Below are positions 48,722-60,971 of a stretch of DNA of 64,000 bases, in pieces. Made by a program: the position numbers and the translations under genes. Source of the DNA: Macrostomum lignano (taxonomy: Eukaryota); assembly GCA_002269645.1 (NCBI GenBank), contig NIVC01001067.1, forward strand, positions 3,946-67,945. The letters are read 5' to 3'. Every line of letters starts with the position of its first letter. The stretch's first letter is position 1. A model generated the notes under the pieces. That model saw only the letters and a list, made by a program, of their open reading frames with translations. It had not been told where the DNA came from and ran no database searches.

Positions 48722-51700
48722 ATGGATTTGGACAGAAAGAAAACTCTTGTTGCAAGCATAGTGGCCTTTTTAGAGAATGAGATTAAAGAAAATGCAGAAA
48801 AGCCTGAGTTTACAGATTTTGTTGAAGGCCTTGAGGGTGAGTATACAGAATGATTTTACCCCCCCCCACCCAGGAATTTACCCTCCAGAATCTGCCTTCT
48901 CCCCCCTCAAAAAATGTCTAGTTGCACTACTGGGCTCATAATGAATTCTGGGATTACAATTTTTGATTGGAAAAAATTGGCATATACTTACATACAAAAA
49001 ATTGTGGGAGATTTTAGTCCAGTGTACATTTAGGGTGTTCCAAACTATGGCTGCTTATAAATATCCCAGGGCTCTTAATTATTCTTTTGTTTAGCCTTAG
49101 GCCTACTTGTTGCCACCCATAGTCAGGAAGGTGGCAAGTGCACGCGGGAAACAATTTATGGAAAAATCCTTGGTGCACACCAATGTATGCCAATTTTTTA
49201 AAACCCTTAACATGACATTTCTGTTACGTTAAACAAAGTCTATATAAAAAAGGAAATTCGCTACAAAAAATGTAGCACAAGTATCAAAAACTTTTTCTTC
49301 ACATTTCAAGAAACAAATAAACTAAAAGTCTACAAGAGTCACAAAATAAGAGCGTTTAAAAGTTAATGGATATTTTAATTTTAATGTGGGCTGTTGAGTG
49401 TAGGCCTGGCTGTAGGCTAGGCTGTAGCTTCAACTAGTTGGTTTAATCAATATTCAAATTCAATTGTTCACGTTTAACTTTATATATTGTATATATATAA
49501 TATAGTGTATATATCTATATCTGACTTGTTGATATACTGTCAGTTTGTAATTGCACACCAAGGTTATATGCCAAGTAAAAAACTTGTACGCTGAAAATTT
49601 AGGCGTGGCTTGAGACCCCTATTTGCACGCCAACTTTGCACGCCAAAATTTTAGCGTGGCTTGTGCACGCGGGAAAATTCCCGCGTGCAGGCCACCTTCC
49701 TGAGTATGGGTTGCCACCAAAGTTGTTGTAGAGCTATTTCTCTTTATTGATCCTACTGGTTATTAATTGCCTTTCCACTGGTAGCACATGTACTTATATT
49801 GGTAGCATATGTATTTCTATTGACAATAGATTGTACTTTCTGGCCTGAGCGGTCTAATAGCACTGTCTATCCTATTCCTATACTCCTCTAAAGATATTTT
49901 CTCAGTCCTGGGCATTCCCTGGATCAGAGGGTCACAGCCTATGTACCTTTTCTGCCCTGAGGCGATCTTTTCTTGCTATGGAGCATTTTCCCTGCCAATC
50001 TTCTCCTGCTATTCCTTAGGTCCTTTCTACTCTTAGTCAATTCTCTTGCTTTTCAGCGGTTTTCTAACAATACTCCAAATTGGGGTTCTTATGCTAAGAA
50101 ATGAATAAGTCTTTAAGTCTTGCAAATAGGATTTAATAGAACTTGCAAATTGTAGTAGACAAGCCTAAGGACAGTTAGGCGAACTCTCTTGGTTGACTTT
50201 TTAGGCCAATTCTGGGCTCCTATTTATACTAGTTCCTATAGTTTCTGTAGCTGTAGCCGTAGTTTTAACAAAAAGTCTAGAAAACAAAATATTTTCAATC
50301 AAGAAGATAACCTAGTGCTTAAACAACTGCAAATTAAGTTAAAAAATAAAAGAAACACTTGATTGCCTTTGTAAGATTATATTTCATCTTTTTTCAGAGC
50401 AAGACTACTTAATTGTTACTTAAGTACTAATGCTGAACTTTCTCATAAATCACAATAATAAAAATGAGAGTTTTCTAGTGTTTTATTATACTTTTTAGGT
50501 ATATTTTAAAATTTTCTAAGTTGATAATACTGTTTACTAAAAGTATCTTTGTTTTACTCTACCTGTTTTTAATATTTTTTCAATTTTTTAACATTAATAA
50601 CTATGGCTATGGGAATCTATGGAATGTGACAATTACCATATTGCCGTAGTCGCAGCCATAAGAGCAGGTTTAAAAAATATCGCCTTAAAAAGCCACGACC
50701 CACCCGGGGCTAGGGGGCACCGCCCACCCCACCCCCCGGCCCAACCACCTACCAGCCAATCACGGCGCAGCTGGGGGAGAGCAGCCTAAGGGGGGGGGGC
50801 AAACAAGGCGGCCCAGCCAACCAGCGCGCAGACAACCAAAGCAGCTAAGCGGCTAACACAGCTGAGCATTTAACGCCAAAACAGAGGGATAGAGTGCCCT
50901 TTAGCAGTGCAAGCGCACTGGCACAACAACATGACAAAAAAATACAGTATGCCGCGTGGTGGGCAGAGTGCACTTTGGCAAGGCAAGTGCACAGGCACAA
51001 CATTATTTTTATTATTATATCTTAATAGTCAATCCATGCATTCCACATTGGTACGTCTACATCCAAGGTTGACACGTGCTTTCAGAGAAGAGTATAAATT
51101 CAAATGAGTAGATTTTTTTGAAAAAGATTTATTTTAACAAGCATTAAGTATTCTAAGCTAAGTATTCTTCTGTGCCTGCATTTGAATCCTCGCATTCCAA
51201 TCTGGAATTATTTGTACTTGTGAATCCGCTTTGTTACTCTGTCTGCGACTGCTGGGTCCTCAATTCCAGGGGAAGGCTAGATAATTGTAGTGGTTGCTAT
51301 ACAGGTCATTCGGGTCTTTAGATGCCAATTAAATTTTTCGTTTATTTTCTTGTATGCTTACTAAAAGTAGCATAATGCTGATAGCAGTGTAATTTTGTAA
51401 GATTTGGAAGTATGTATCTTTATGCCTTCTAAGGCAAAGGATTAAAAAACAAGGCTATGGCTTCGTTGGTCAATAGTGATTTGTTGAGTTATTGATGGGT
51501 GCCTCATTATGTTAAACCCATTAATTAATCGGCCCTTCGCAGTGTCGGTACAGTGCATCCGCTCGTCATTCGACCTAAGCTCAATCGATGTAGACGCCGT
51601 GCCCTCTCTGCCGGACACTTTCTCAGCCGGTTGTAAATCGCTAAACAAACCGGAAGTGGCCGTTAAACGCGAGATTACACCGGAAGACAAAGCCGAAGCT

Positions 51701-53240
51701 GAACGACTCAAAGGCGAAGGTAACAAGTTTATTAGCGAGAATAAGCCTCTGGAAGCTGTTAACGCCTACACCATGGCACTGGCTAAGGATCCCTACAATG
51801 CTGTGTACTATGGCAACCGGGCGGCCGCCTATTCTAAACTAAACGATCACGCCGCGGCTATCAGAGACTGCGAGCGGGCCTTGCAGAACGATCCGGCTTA
51901 TTCTAAAGCCTATGGTAGGATGGGATTTGCCTATGCCGCACAGAAGAATCACGCCAAAGCTGTGGAATGCTACGAGAAGGCGCTCAGTCTGGAGCCTGAT
52001 AATTCCTCTTATAAGCAGAATCTCGAGACTGCCAGGGCCGCCCTGCCCGCTGAGGTGAGTGTTATTAGACCTGTTTAAATAGTTCCCATTTTGATTGCTT
52101 GTTTACTCTGTGAGCTGTTGTCATACCACCTGAGCAATTATTATCTCGAAAATCCACCTGAGCAATTCCACCTGAGCAATTCCCCTCTCGAAAATCCACC
52201 TGAGCAATTCTTATCTCGAAAATCCACCTGAGCAATTCCACCTGAGCAATTCTTATCTCGAAAATCCACCTGAGCAATTCCACCTGAGCAATTCCCCTCT
52301 CGAAAATCCACCTGAGCAATTCCCCTCTCGAAAATCCACCTGAGCAATTCCCCTCTTGAAAATCCACCTGAGCAATTCCCTCTCGAATTCCACCCAAGCA
52401 ATTTCCCTATTAAGAAATCCACCTGAGCAATTCCCCTCTTGAAAATCCACCTGAGCAATTCCCCTCTTGAAAATCCACCTGAGCAATTCCCCTCTTGAAA
52501 ATCCACCTGAGCAATTCCCCTCTTGAAAATCCACCTGAGCAATTCCTTTCTTGAAAATCCATTTGAGCAATTTCCTATAAATTCCACCTGAGAATTCCCC
52601 TCTCATACCACCTGTGCACCTGAGCAATTCCCCTCCCAAAACTTCACAGGCTGGAGCAGCAGCCGGATTCCCCGGCTTCCCCGGAGCCGGAGGCCGAGGC
52701 GGCGCCGGCGGTCTGGACCTGATGTCGCTGCTAAACAATCCCCAGATGATGCAGATGGCCTCGCAGATGATGCAGTCGCCGCAGGTGCAACAGATGGTTG
52801 CCAGCATGATGGGCGGCGGACCAGGCGGACCGTTTAGCGGCGCCGCTGCTGGAGAGCCGTCCAATGACGTCCAAAGCGGCGGGCCAGAAGGCGAGGATCC
52901 GCCAGCTTCTTTGACGAACAACCAGCAGCAGGAGACGCCTCCCGGCCAGCCAAACATGCAAGACCTGCTCCGGATGGGGCAGCAGTTTGCCAGCCAGATG
53001 CAGGCGGCTAATCCTGATCTGGTTGAATCGCTTCGCCAGGAATTCCAGCAGGGCGGCGGAGTCAGCGGAGACCCGGCGGCCCCGAGCAGCCGCCATCGTC
53101 CGATCAAGGGGAAGACAGATCGGGCAACTGATTCACCACCAATAATGATAATAACAGTTGTGTCTCTCTTAGCAGCGAAAGTCATTTCTGTCATTTTGGT
53201 TTTGACACTGATGAACTCTAGCCATCGGTTCTTTTGTTAG
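48722..53240 (+). CDS. SGTA: Small glutamine-rich TPR co-chaperone (SGTA/Sgt2). Exons: 48722-48836, 51543-52054, 52650-53240; C-terminus uncertain, see findings
   Basis: Exon 1 is missing from the ORF track; it gives the dimerisation domain MDLDRKKTLVASIVAFLENEIK...EGLE|VSVQCIRSSF. Three TPRs follow (AERLKGEGNKF, NAVYYGNRAAAYSKL, YSKAYGRMGFAY) and then a Q/M-rich tail (LMSLLNNPQMMQMASQMMQSPQVQQM, FASQMQAANPDLVESLR). Phases 1 and 0 are consistent. Confidence 0.95.
49117..49709. mobile_element. MITE, 593 bp, with perfect 8-bp TSD (hAT- or P-like), in SGTA intron 1
   Basis: TSD GTTGCCAC at 49109-49116 and 49710-49717; TIR CCATA(G/C)TCAGGAAGGTGGC..TGCACGCGGGAA. Confidence 0.85.
52128..52632. repeat. 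28/18-bp minisatellite (CCACCTGAGCAATTCCCCTCTTGAAAAT) filling SGTA intron 2
   Basis: Direct array ending ~15 nt before the acceptor at 52648-49. Confidence 0.94.
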
Positions 53241-53412
53241 TTCAATTTAGTACTCTATATTTGTTTGGCTGGATGTTTTGATTAAATTGTCTCAGTAAAT
53301 CGCTTTCCTATCAAGGGTTATGGTCAATTTCAAGTAAATGGTACTTAAATAAGTTCTTTAGTGCGATCTTAGGGTTTTCTGGGTTCTTATTGAAAGATTT
53401 GAGAGGTTAATG

Positions 53413-53672
53413 GACGCTTACTGAATGATCCGATGGTTTAATAAGCGCTTACTGAATGATCCGATGGTTTAATAAGCGCTTACTGAATGATCCGATGGTT
53501 TAATAAGCGCTTACTGAATGATCCGATGGTTTTATGGGCGCTTACTGAAGGATCCAATGGTTTAATGAGCGCTTACTGAATGATCCGATGGTTTGATATG
53601 CGCTTACTGAATGATCCGATGGTTTGATATGCGCTTACTGAATGATCCGATGGTTTGATGGCGCTTACTGAC
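53413..53672. repeat. 31-bp minisatellite (GCGCTTACTGAATGATCCGATGGTTTAATAA), ~8 copies, between SGTA and ARFRP1
   Basis: Period 31 at 53445/53476. Confidence 0.93.
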
Positions 53673-54197
53673 CATTTTAAGGATTTTAGTGGCACCTAGT
53701 GAATGATCTGAGAGTTTCAGTAACGATCTTCTTCTGAAGCAGGTTTCGCCCAGTCGTAACTGAAGACTAACATGTTATTTGTATTTAACAGAATTTAAAA
53801 TGTCGAAATTTTTCGATAAAAACTATAAACTCTTATTCGACTGCAATCTTAAATACCTTTCTGCTTAAGCTTTTCTCGATTTGTTTTATTCCGGTGTTCA
53901 AGTTTCTTCGATTTGTTCTGTTTTTTTTTCTAGAGGGCCTAACAGTTTTAATAGTTGTAATATTGACTAAAAATTGCTCTAATCATTAATATGTTGTTTT
54001 TTTGAAGTAAAAATAACTATCATATCTTTACTGATTCGTGTTGGATTAATAAATGTTGCAACCAGCGTAGCTATGGGGGTAGATATGTGTCTTGTCTTCT
54101 TCAATTATTTCGTTACTTTGCTTAATAACTTGGAATTTCTGCCATTTAAAACATCGAACTGGCATTAAAAAGTTTCAAAATAACATCATTTCCAGTC

Positions 54198-55422
54198 ATG
54201 TACACCCTATTGAGCGGTCTGTATCGCTATTACACCCAGAAGGAGAAGTATAGCGCTCTCATTCTTGGCCTCGACAATGCCGGTAAAACTGTAAGGGTTA
54301 TTTTTTATTGCCTTAATTTTCTATTTTCTACGCAATTTATTCGCATTTATTCTACTACAAGTAGGCTAATTATGACATTAAAACATTGCAGACTTATCTG
54401 GAGCAAATAAAGACCCGATTTAAAAAGGATTACACCGGCCTTAATCTGAATAAAATTACTACAACTGTTGGCCTTAACAGTATGTATAAATAAATATTGT
54501 TATCCGCTTAAAAGCTTGCATTTCTACTTTCAGTAGCAAACTGACAATATTTTGTGTTTTTTTAGTCGGCGATATTCAAATAGCCGGCGTAGAATTGAAT
54601 TTCTGGGATCTCGGCGGCCAACAGGAGCTGCAATCGCTGTGGGATAAATACTATGCAGAGTCGCACGCTGTCATCTTTGTGATTGACAGCTCGGACAGGG
54701 AGCGTATGGAGGAGTCTAAGCAGGCTCTCGGTGAGCAGCTAAATACCATTTATAACTGCTGGGCCTTCCAGATCCTCAGTTGCTGGGCCACCAGCCTCCT
54801 AGATCCTCATGTGCTGGGCCAGCCTCCCAAATCCTCAGTTGCTGGACCACCAGCCTCCCAGATCCTCATGTGCTGGGCCAGCCTCCCAAATCCTCAGTTG
54901 CTGGACCACCAGCCTCCCAGATCCTCATGTGCTGGGCCAGCCTCCCAAATCCTCAGTTGCTAAGCCACCAGCCTCCGAAATCCTCAGTTGCTGGGCCAGC
55001 CTCCCAAATCCTCAGTTGCTGGGCCACCAGCCTCCTAAATCCTCAGTTGCTGGGCCAGCCTCCCAAATCCTCAGTTGCTGGGCCACCAGCCTCCCAGCTC
55101 CTCACTTGCTGGGATGTCACCTAACCCTTTTCCATATGCGTTCTCCGTTCCCCCGCTTGCAGAGAAAGTGGTATCAAGCGACGCCCTTGCCGGGGTGCCC
55201 CTGCTGCTGCTGGCCAACAAGCAGGATCTGGAAGGCTGTCTCACTGCCGAAGAAGTAAAGGAGATTTTTTCAACAGTGTCGCCCAGCGTGGGTCAACGGG
55301 ACTGCCTGTTCAGAGGCGTGTCGGCGCTGAAAGGCACTGGCGTTGATCAGGGGATTCACTGGCTGGTGGAGCGAGTTAAACGACTGGCGGATAGAAGGCC
55401 GCCGGCATTTGGAAATGATTGA
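54198..55422 (+). CDS. ARFRP1: ADP-ribosylation factor-related protein 1. Exons: 54198-54290, 54392-54479, 54566-54730, 55163-55422; 201 aa
   Basis: Total 606 nt. MYTLLSGLYRY N-terminus, G1 GLDNAGKT, TTTVGLN, G3 FWDLGGQQELQSLWDKYYAESH, G4 LANKQD, and SALKGTGVDQGIHWLV: all diagnostic of ARFRP1/Arl3p. Confidence 0.97.
54765..55112. repeat. 28-31-bp minisatellite (GCTGGGCCAGCCTCCCAAATCCTCAGTT) filling ARFRP1 intron 3
   Basis: About 12 copies. Confidence 0.93.
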
Positions 55423-56283
55423 TTGATTGATTGGAAATGATTTTGTTATAACAGATCATCAATGTTATTGCGCGGTATCGGCTTTTGACTATGTAATACA
55501 AAACAATTTATCGGTTTAACACACTTGTTTTACGCTCAGAGTTGCGTTGATGTCTTTCAGAATTCAAAACGATTAATTTGTGTCTATGCTTGCTTTGTAA
55601 ATGTAGATTTCCATATTTATATCGGTATTGGACTATTTATTTTTAACTCAATTACATCCAGTGTACTTTGTTGTTAAGATACACCTCTTGATACCAATCT
55701 GTGTAACCAACTGCACTAATATGGGTTTTTTATTTCAAGGGACTTGTCAATTACAAAGTACTTCTATACAGGTATCTGTGTAATCTAAATCTTTGTAGAG
55801 TTAGATGGGGTTCAATGATTTTTTATTCATTGTAACAATTGTTGGTTAAAGCAAGATTTAAATAAAGAAGAAAGAATAGCACTCGCTTGTGACTGAGTAT
55901 GTTACGTATAATATTTGTTGTACAGTGCAAAACACCAGATAAAAACAGTGAAAGCATATCTTTTTACTTCTTTGTTTGTGTGTATAGGCCCCATAGGTAC
56001 TGAATGTGTTAATTGAATTGAAATGTGTTACTGGCTAAGATCTCTATTAACGCTAACTGTAAGCTCTGTGAAAAAATCAATAATTTTAAAACGACACTGT
56101 AACTCTTATTCATTGACTAACTATTATTATCAACTTTGTTGACGAGCAGACAGCAGGGGGGTATCTGTCAGCAACTGAGCAACGGGTGGGCGCTGTAACT
56201 GCACTATAAATTCTTGCGGCCAAATAAGCGTCTTCTTAACTTTACCCTTTATCGTCCGTCCGATTTAACTCTGCAAGGCAGTA

Positions 56284-59200
56284 ATGCCGGCAAAAAAATA
56301 CACTTTGCAGCATCCGAAACATCTGGATGATCAGTCGGCGGCTGCTGTAGCCGACGCTGTAGCCGCCGCAGCTGACGGCCCTTGGCCTGGCCAGCTGCTC
56401 GGTCGAGCCGGTCTTTGGCAGCTCGAGATTCGACAATCGGATTCCTGTTTTCGTTTCGATCGTCGTTCTCAAACAACTGGCGAGTTGGAGAGGGGAGGTG
56501 CTTCATCAGCTGTAGTTGTCCGCTTCTCCGATGTGTCTGGCGTAGATTTGATGAGCGGCAGCGGCTACAGACAGCATCGCTACCTGTGCATTTGTCGCTA
56601 CACCCGACGTAAACGATTCAGATCGATCTCTGCCGTATTCTCCGCTAAAGCATCAACCGAGGATTCCTCCGCCGCGGATAAAGTTGGATCGCGACGTCGC
56701 AGCGTCCTGCTATTCCAGTTGAGTCGGATTGTGGGAGACGGTCACAGAGCGAGCTCTGCGGAGATCAATTTGGCTGTGCTGCGCTCTGTCCAACAAGTAA
56801 TTACTGCATTTTAACATTCCAAATAATCCTTACCTAGGGTGGTGTATGTGGCGCAAAAGAACCTGTCGTGAAGGCGTCTCAACGGTGTCAATGGTATACC
56901 GTTGTCTTTAAGAAAGCTTCCAAATTAGTCTATGGTGCACTGTTGCTTCAAATTTACATTAGAGTCTCCAAAGCGCTTCTCGATGCACCAATGCACCAAT
57001 TACAATTTTCTAGTTTGCTTCTTGCATATAACGATCTTAATGACTCTTACTTTTGATGTCTGATGTATATTTTGATGTATCGCTCAAGGCTCAGCGACAG
57101 CGTCCTAAAGGCTTGCGTACGGCTGTTCAGTCAAAGAGCTTGGGGGTCGCCACATTATCCTTAATCATCCTAGCTAATGCCGGTATCCATTTAGCTGCTG
57201 ATGTAAGTGTCTTACTCAAAGACATAAATTCTTCCAAGAGGATTAAGAATCGAACCCCCAACCTTTCAGTCTCGTGAGTCCGACGCTCTAACCACTAGGC
57301 TACAGACCCCTCTCTGTCTGAGAAAATGTAGTCCAACTAAACTTGTCTTAAAATTGCCTTTCGGATGTCGTCTTATTTTTCAAATATCCAAGAGGGATAT
57401 AAGTTTATGTACGGGCTTGATTGAGTGGCGCAAGTACATGTATCAGTAATTCTGTACAAAGTTTCAACCAATCGCTGCTTTTCCCGCAGACTTGCCAACA
57501 AGCTTTGCGTGGCAGCCTGTGCAGCCCAGATTCGGATTTGATTAACTGGTCTAAACCGGTTCTAGCTCTGGCTAATCCGGTCAGCGGCAGGGGTCGCGCT
57601 GTTCCTTTATTTCGCTCGGTGACAATGACTATGCTGCAGGAGGCTGACATTGCCTACAGACTGGTCGAGACTGAGTACTCTGGGTATGCCAGGTAGGTGA
57701 TCGAGGTTGTTGGATAAGGCACGTGGGTGATTGGGTGGTTGAATCAGACAGGTGGGTGATTGGGATGGTTGGATCAGACAGGTGGGTGATTGGGATGGTT
57801 GAGTCAGATAGGTGGGTGATGGGGTGGTTCAATCAGACAGGTGGGTGATTGGGTGGTTCAATCAGACAGGTGGGTGATTGGGTGGTTCAATCAGACAGGT
57901 GGGTGATTGGGTGGTTCAATCAGGGAGGTTGGTGATTCTTGTGGTTGAATCAGACAGGTGGGTGATTAAGATGGTTGGATCAGACAGGTGGGTGATTGGG
58001 GTTGTTGGATCAGACAGGTAGGTGGTTGAATCAGACAGGTGGGTGATGGGGTGGTTGGATCAGACAGGTGGGTGATTGGGGTTGTTGGATCAGACAGGTG
58101 GGTGATTGGGGTGGTTGGATCAGACAGGTGGGTGATTAAGGTGGTTGAATCAGACAGGTGGGTGATTGGGGTGGTTGAATCAGACAGGTGGGTGATTGGG
58201 ATGGTTGAATCAGACAGGTGGGTGGTTGGGATGGTTGGATCAGACAGGTGGGTGATTGGGATGGTTGGATCAGACAGGTGGGTGATTGGGATGGTTGGAT
58301 CAGACAGGTGGGTGATTGGGGTGGTTGGATCAGACAGGTGGGTGGTTGAATCAGACAGGTGGGTGATGGGGTGGTTGGATCAGACAGGTGGGTGATTGGG
58401 GTGGTTGGATCAGACAGGTGGGTGATTGGGGTGGTTGGATCAGACAGGTGGGTGATTGGGGTGGTTGGATCAGACAGGTGGGTGGTTGAATCAGACAGGT
58501 GGGTGATGGGGTGGTTGGATCAGACAGGTGGGTGATTGGGGTGGTTGGATCAGACAGGTGGGTGATTGGGGTGGTTAAATCAGACAGATGGGTGATGGGG
58601 TGGTTGGATCAGACAGGTGGGTGATGGGGTGGTTGGATCAGACAGGTGGGTGATGGGGTGGTTGGATCAGACAGGTGGGTGATTGGGGTGGTTGGATCAG
58701 ACAGGTGGGTGATTGGGATGGTTGAGTCAGACAGGTGGGTGATGAGGTAAATATGCCCGCCAGTTGATTATTAAGGCACAGTGTTACAAGTGAAGCTCTT
58801 AATGAAATACTTTCTGAGGGACTTAACTTTTTTTCTTAGAGTTTTCCGCTCTTCCCCTCATCGCAGGTCCCTTATCCGCGAAGATCCCAGTCTGATGGCT
58901 TACCGAGCCATCGTGGCAGTCGGTGGGGACGGTCTGGTTCACGAGATGCTCAACGGGCTGGTGGATAGCTTCTTTGACAGTGGCAACGACGCTGGAGGCC
59001 TGGCTGATGCTCTGCGGCGGATGCCCCTGGCCTGTCTGCCCGCTGGAAGCGGCAACGGATTGGGGGCTTCGCTAGCGTTTGCTAATGGAGACAAGTGAGA
59101 AATGAGTAGCTCTGATTGGATGTTGATGTGGCGCGAGAGTCAGGCGCGTCTACCGCTGAGCTGCTCTGCCCTTGGTATGGTGATTGGGTGGTTGGGCAGA

Positions 59201-60971
59201 TGTGTGCTAGGTGTGACCCGGACAAGGTAGGTATGCCTGATAGTAGATAGCACTATCGATATCACTAAGTCGCCATCACAGAAGATTCCGTCTGTAATCG
59301 CTACTTATGAGAGTGCAAGTAAAGTCTCTCTCAATCTTTGCGAGTGACGCAACTCAGCTACGCCGCGGTAGACTTGGGTTGAGCAATGAAGTCGGGGGGG
59401 GGTGTGCGAGGGTTGGACGGAGTAAAACTACCCGGATCAGTTTTCTCGCATCTTTTATCTCAGAATAGTCGAAGATACTTTTCAATGTTGCTGATTAATC
59501 TCCACCTCTCCAGTCAGACAAGCTAAACAATCTTTTAATATTAACGTCTCAAGCAGCAGCCAATCCATCATACTTTTTTCTCCTAGACTGAACTCATCGT
59601 CGGAGAACTTCCTAACCACGTGCACATTCAACCTGACAAGATCGTCGCCAAGGCCACTAGACCTCGCCTACGTGGAATTGCTGTCCAGCGGCGCCAATCG
59701 TCAGATCGTATCGTTTCTCAGCCCGATAAACTACGGCTTCCTCGCGCGAATAGATTTTGAGAGCGAGCGCTGGCGCGGCTGCCTAGGCGGGGCCAGGTTC
59801 GCGGCCGATTTCGTCTCTAGGCTGGCGTCGCCTCGTCCACTGCCGACTTGCCGGGCGAGGCTGGCCTATCTGCCTGCTGAGGCGGCCGCTGCTGGGGCTG
59901 AGTTCTGTAGAAACGGTTAGTGCTGTTCGTGTGCCTATTGTATCATTAATTTAGTCGTTGTTCATAAATTTTTTTGAGTGGTTGTGATCAGAATCGTCTA
60001 TAGATGCTTTGAGAATGACCTCTAGATGCTTTAAGACTCGCCATTGGACGCTTTGAACATTGGCTTTAGCTACACAAAAAATCGCCTCTAGATGCATATA
60101 GAATCGCCTTTAGATGCATAGATAATGACGTCCAGATGCATCGAGAATGGCCTCTAGATGCATCGAGAATCGCCTCTAGATGTATAGAGAATGAGCTCTA
60201 GATGCTTAGAAAATTGCCTCTAGATGTATTGAGAATCGCCTCTTGATGCATTGAAAATGACCTCTAGATGCTTTGAGACTCGCCTGTAGATGCATAGAGA
60301 ATCGCGTGTAGATGCTTAGAGAATGACCTCTAAATGCATTGAGAATCACCTCTAGATGCATTGAGAATCGCCTCTAGATGCATTGAGAATCACCTCTAGA
60401 TGCATTGAGAATCGTCTCTAGATGCACAAAGAATCGCCTCTAAATGCATAGAGAACCTTCATTTAAACCATAGGAAGTGTCACCTATATTCAATTGTCTT
60501 TCAGCCTCAAGCGCCAGCACCAGCGGACGCAGAAGCAGCGGCCTTCGCAGCCTCTGTCGTTACCTGCCAACCGGAGAGGGCGCCGATCACAACCAGTGGC
60601 CAGAGACAGCCGCAGCCTCAGCTGCCGGTTGGGTAGCTCTAGAGACCGACTTTCTATTTATCATGATAGCATCCCAGTCGCACATGGCTACTGATATGTA
60701 CTATGCGCCAGGGTGCAACTTAAACGACGGTCAACTATATGTCACCTGGGTAGAGACCGGGGTATCCAGAACCGATCTGGCTAGAATGTTTCTCAACCTG
60801 GAGGCCGGTGAGCACGTCAAGTGTGACAGTTTCCGTCTCGCTACTGCTGTGGCATTCCGGCTGGAGCCGCTTACTCAGGACTGGATGGGCGTAGACGGGG
60901 AACCGGTTGACTGCGGCGTTGTGCAGGGCGAAATTCTGCCCGGATTGGGCTGCGTTTTGGCGCCGTGCTGA
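56284..60971 (+). CDS. SPHK: Sphingosine kinase with N-terminal extension (SPHK2-like architecture). Exons: 56284-56796, 57490-57692, 58867-59094, 59587-59915, 60505-60971; 579 aa
   Basis: Total 1740 nt with phases 0/2/2/1. C1 LANPVSGRGRA, C2 IVAVGGDGLVHEMLNGL, C3 LPAGSGNGL, C4 YGFLARIDFESERWR (sphingosine-binding Asp retained), C5 AFRLEP...VDGE. The first exon is the least certain. Confidence 0.93.
57040..57310 (-). mobile_element. tRNA-derived SINE in SPHK intron 1
   Basis: The head reads GGTCTGTAGCCTAGTGGTTAGAGCG (A-box) ... GGTTCGATTC (B-box). The anticodon and acceptor stems do not pair. It continues into GTCTTTGAGTAAGACACTTAC...AAATGGATACCGGC, resembling the conserved central domains of invertebrate SINEs. 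Confidence 0.75.
57720..58748. repeat. 30-bp minisatellite (GATCAGACAGGTGGGTGATTGGGGTGGTTG), ~33 copies, SPHK intron 2
   Basis: Direct tandem array. Confidence 0.96.
59130..59172 (-). mobile_element. Truncated tRNA-like SINE head
   Basis: GGGCAGAGCAGCTCAGCGGTAGACGCGCCTGACTCTCG resembles a tRNA 5' half; no B-box follows. Confidence 0.3.
60000..60455. repeat. 22-bp degenerate minisatellite (GAATCGCCTCTAGATGCATTGA), SPHK intron 4
   Basis: About 20 copies. Confidence 0.92.

Noticed and set aside
50640-50930. GC-rich CCAAT-containing block in SGTA intron 1
   Set aside because: It could be a repeat end or promoter, but I found no TIR partner, TSD or ORF to support a call.
54765-55112. Resemblance of GCCTCCCAAA...GCTGGG to primate Alu
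   Set aside because: The match is too short, is arranged as a tandem unit, and has no other Alu features.
57245-57310. Possible tRNA-Val(CAC) gene
   Set aside because: A and B boxes are present, but the anticodon and acceptor stems do not pair and the sequence continues into a SINE-like body.
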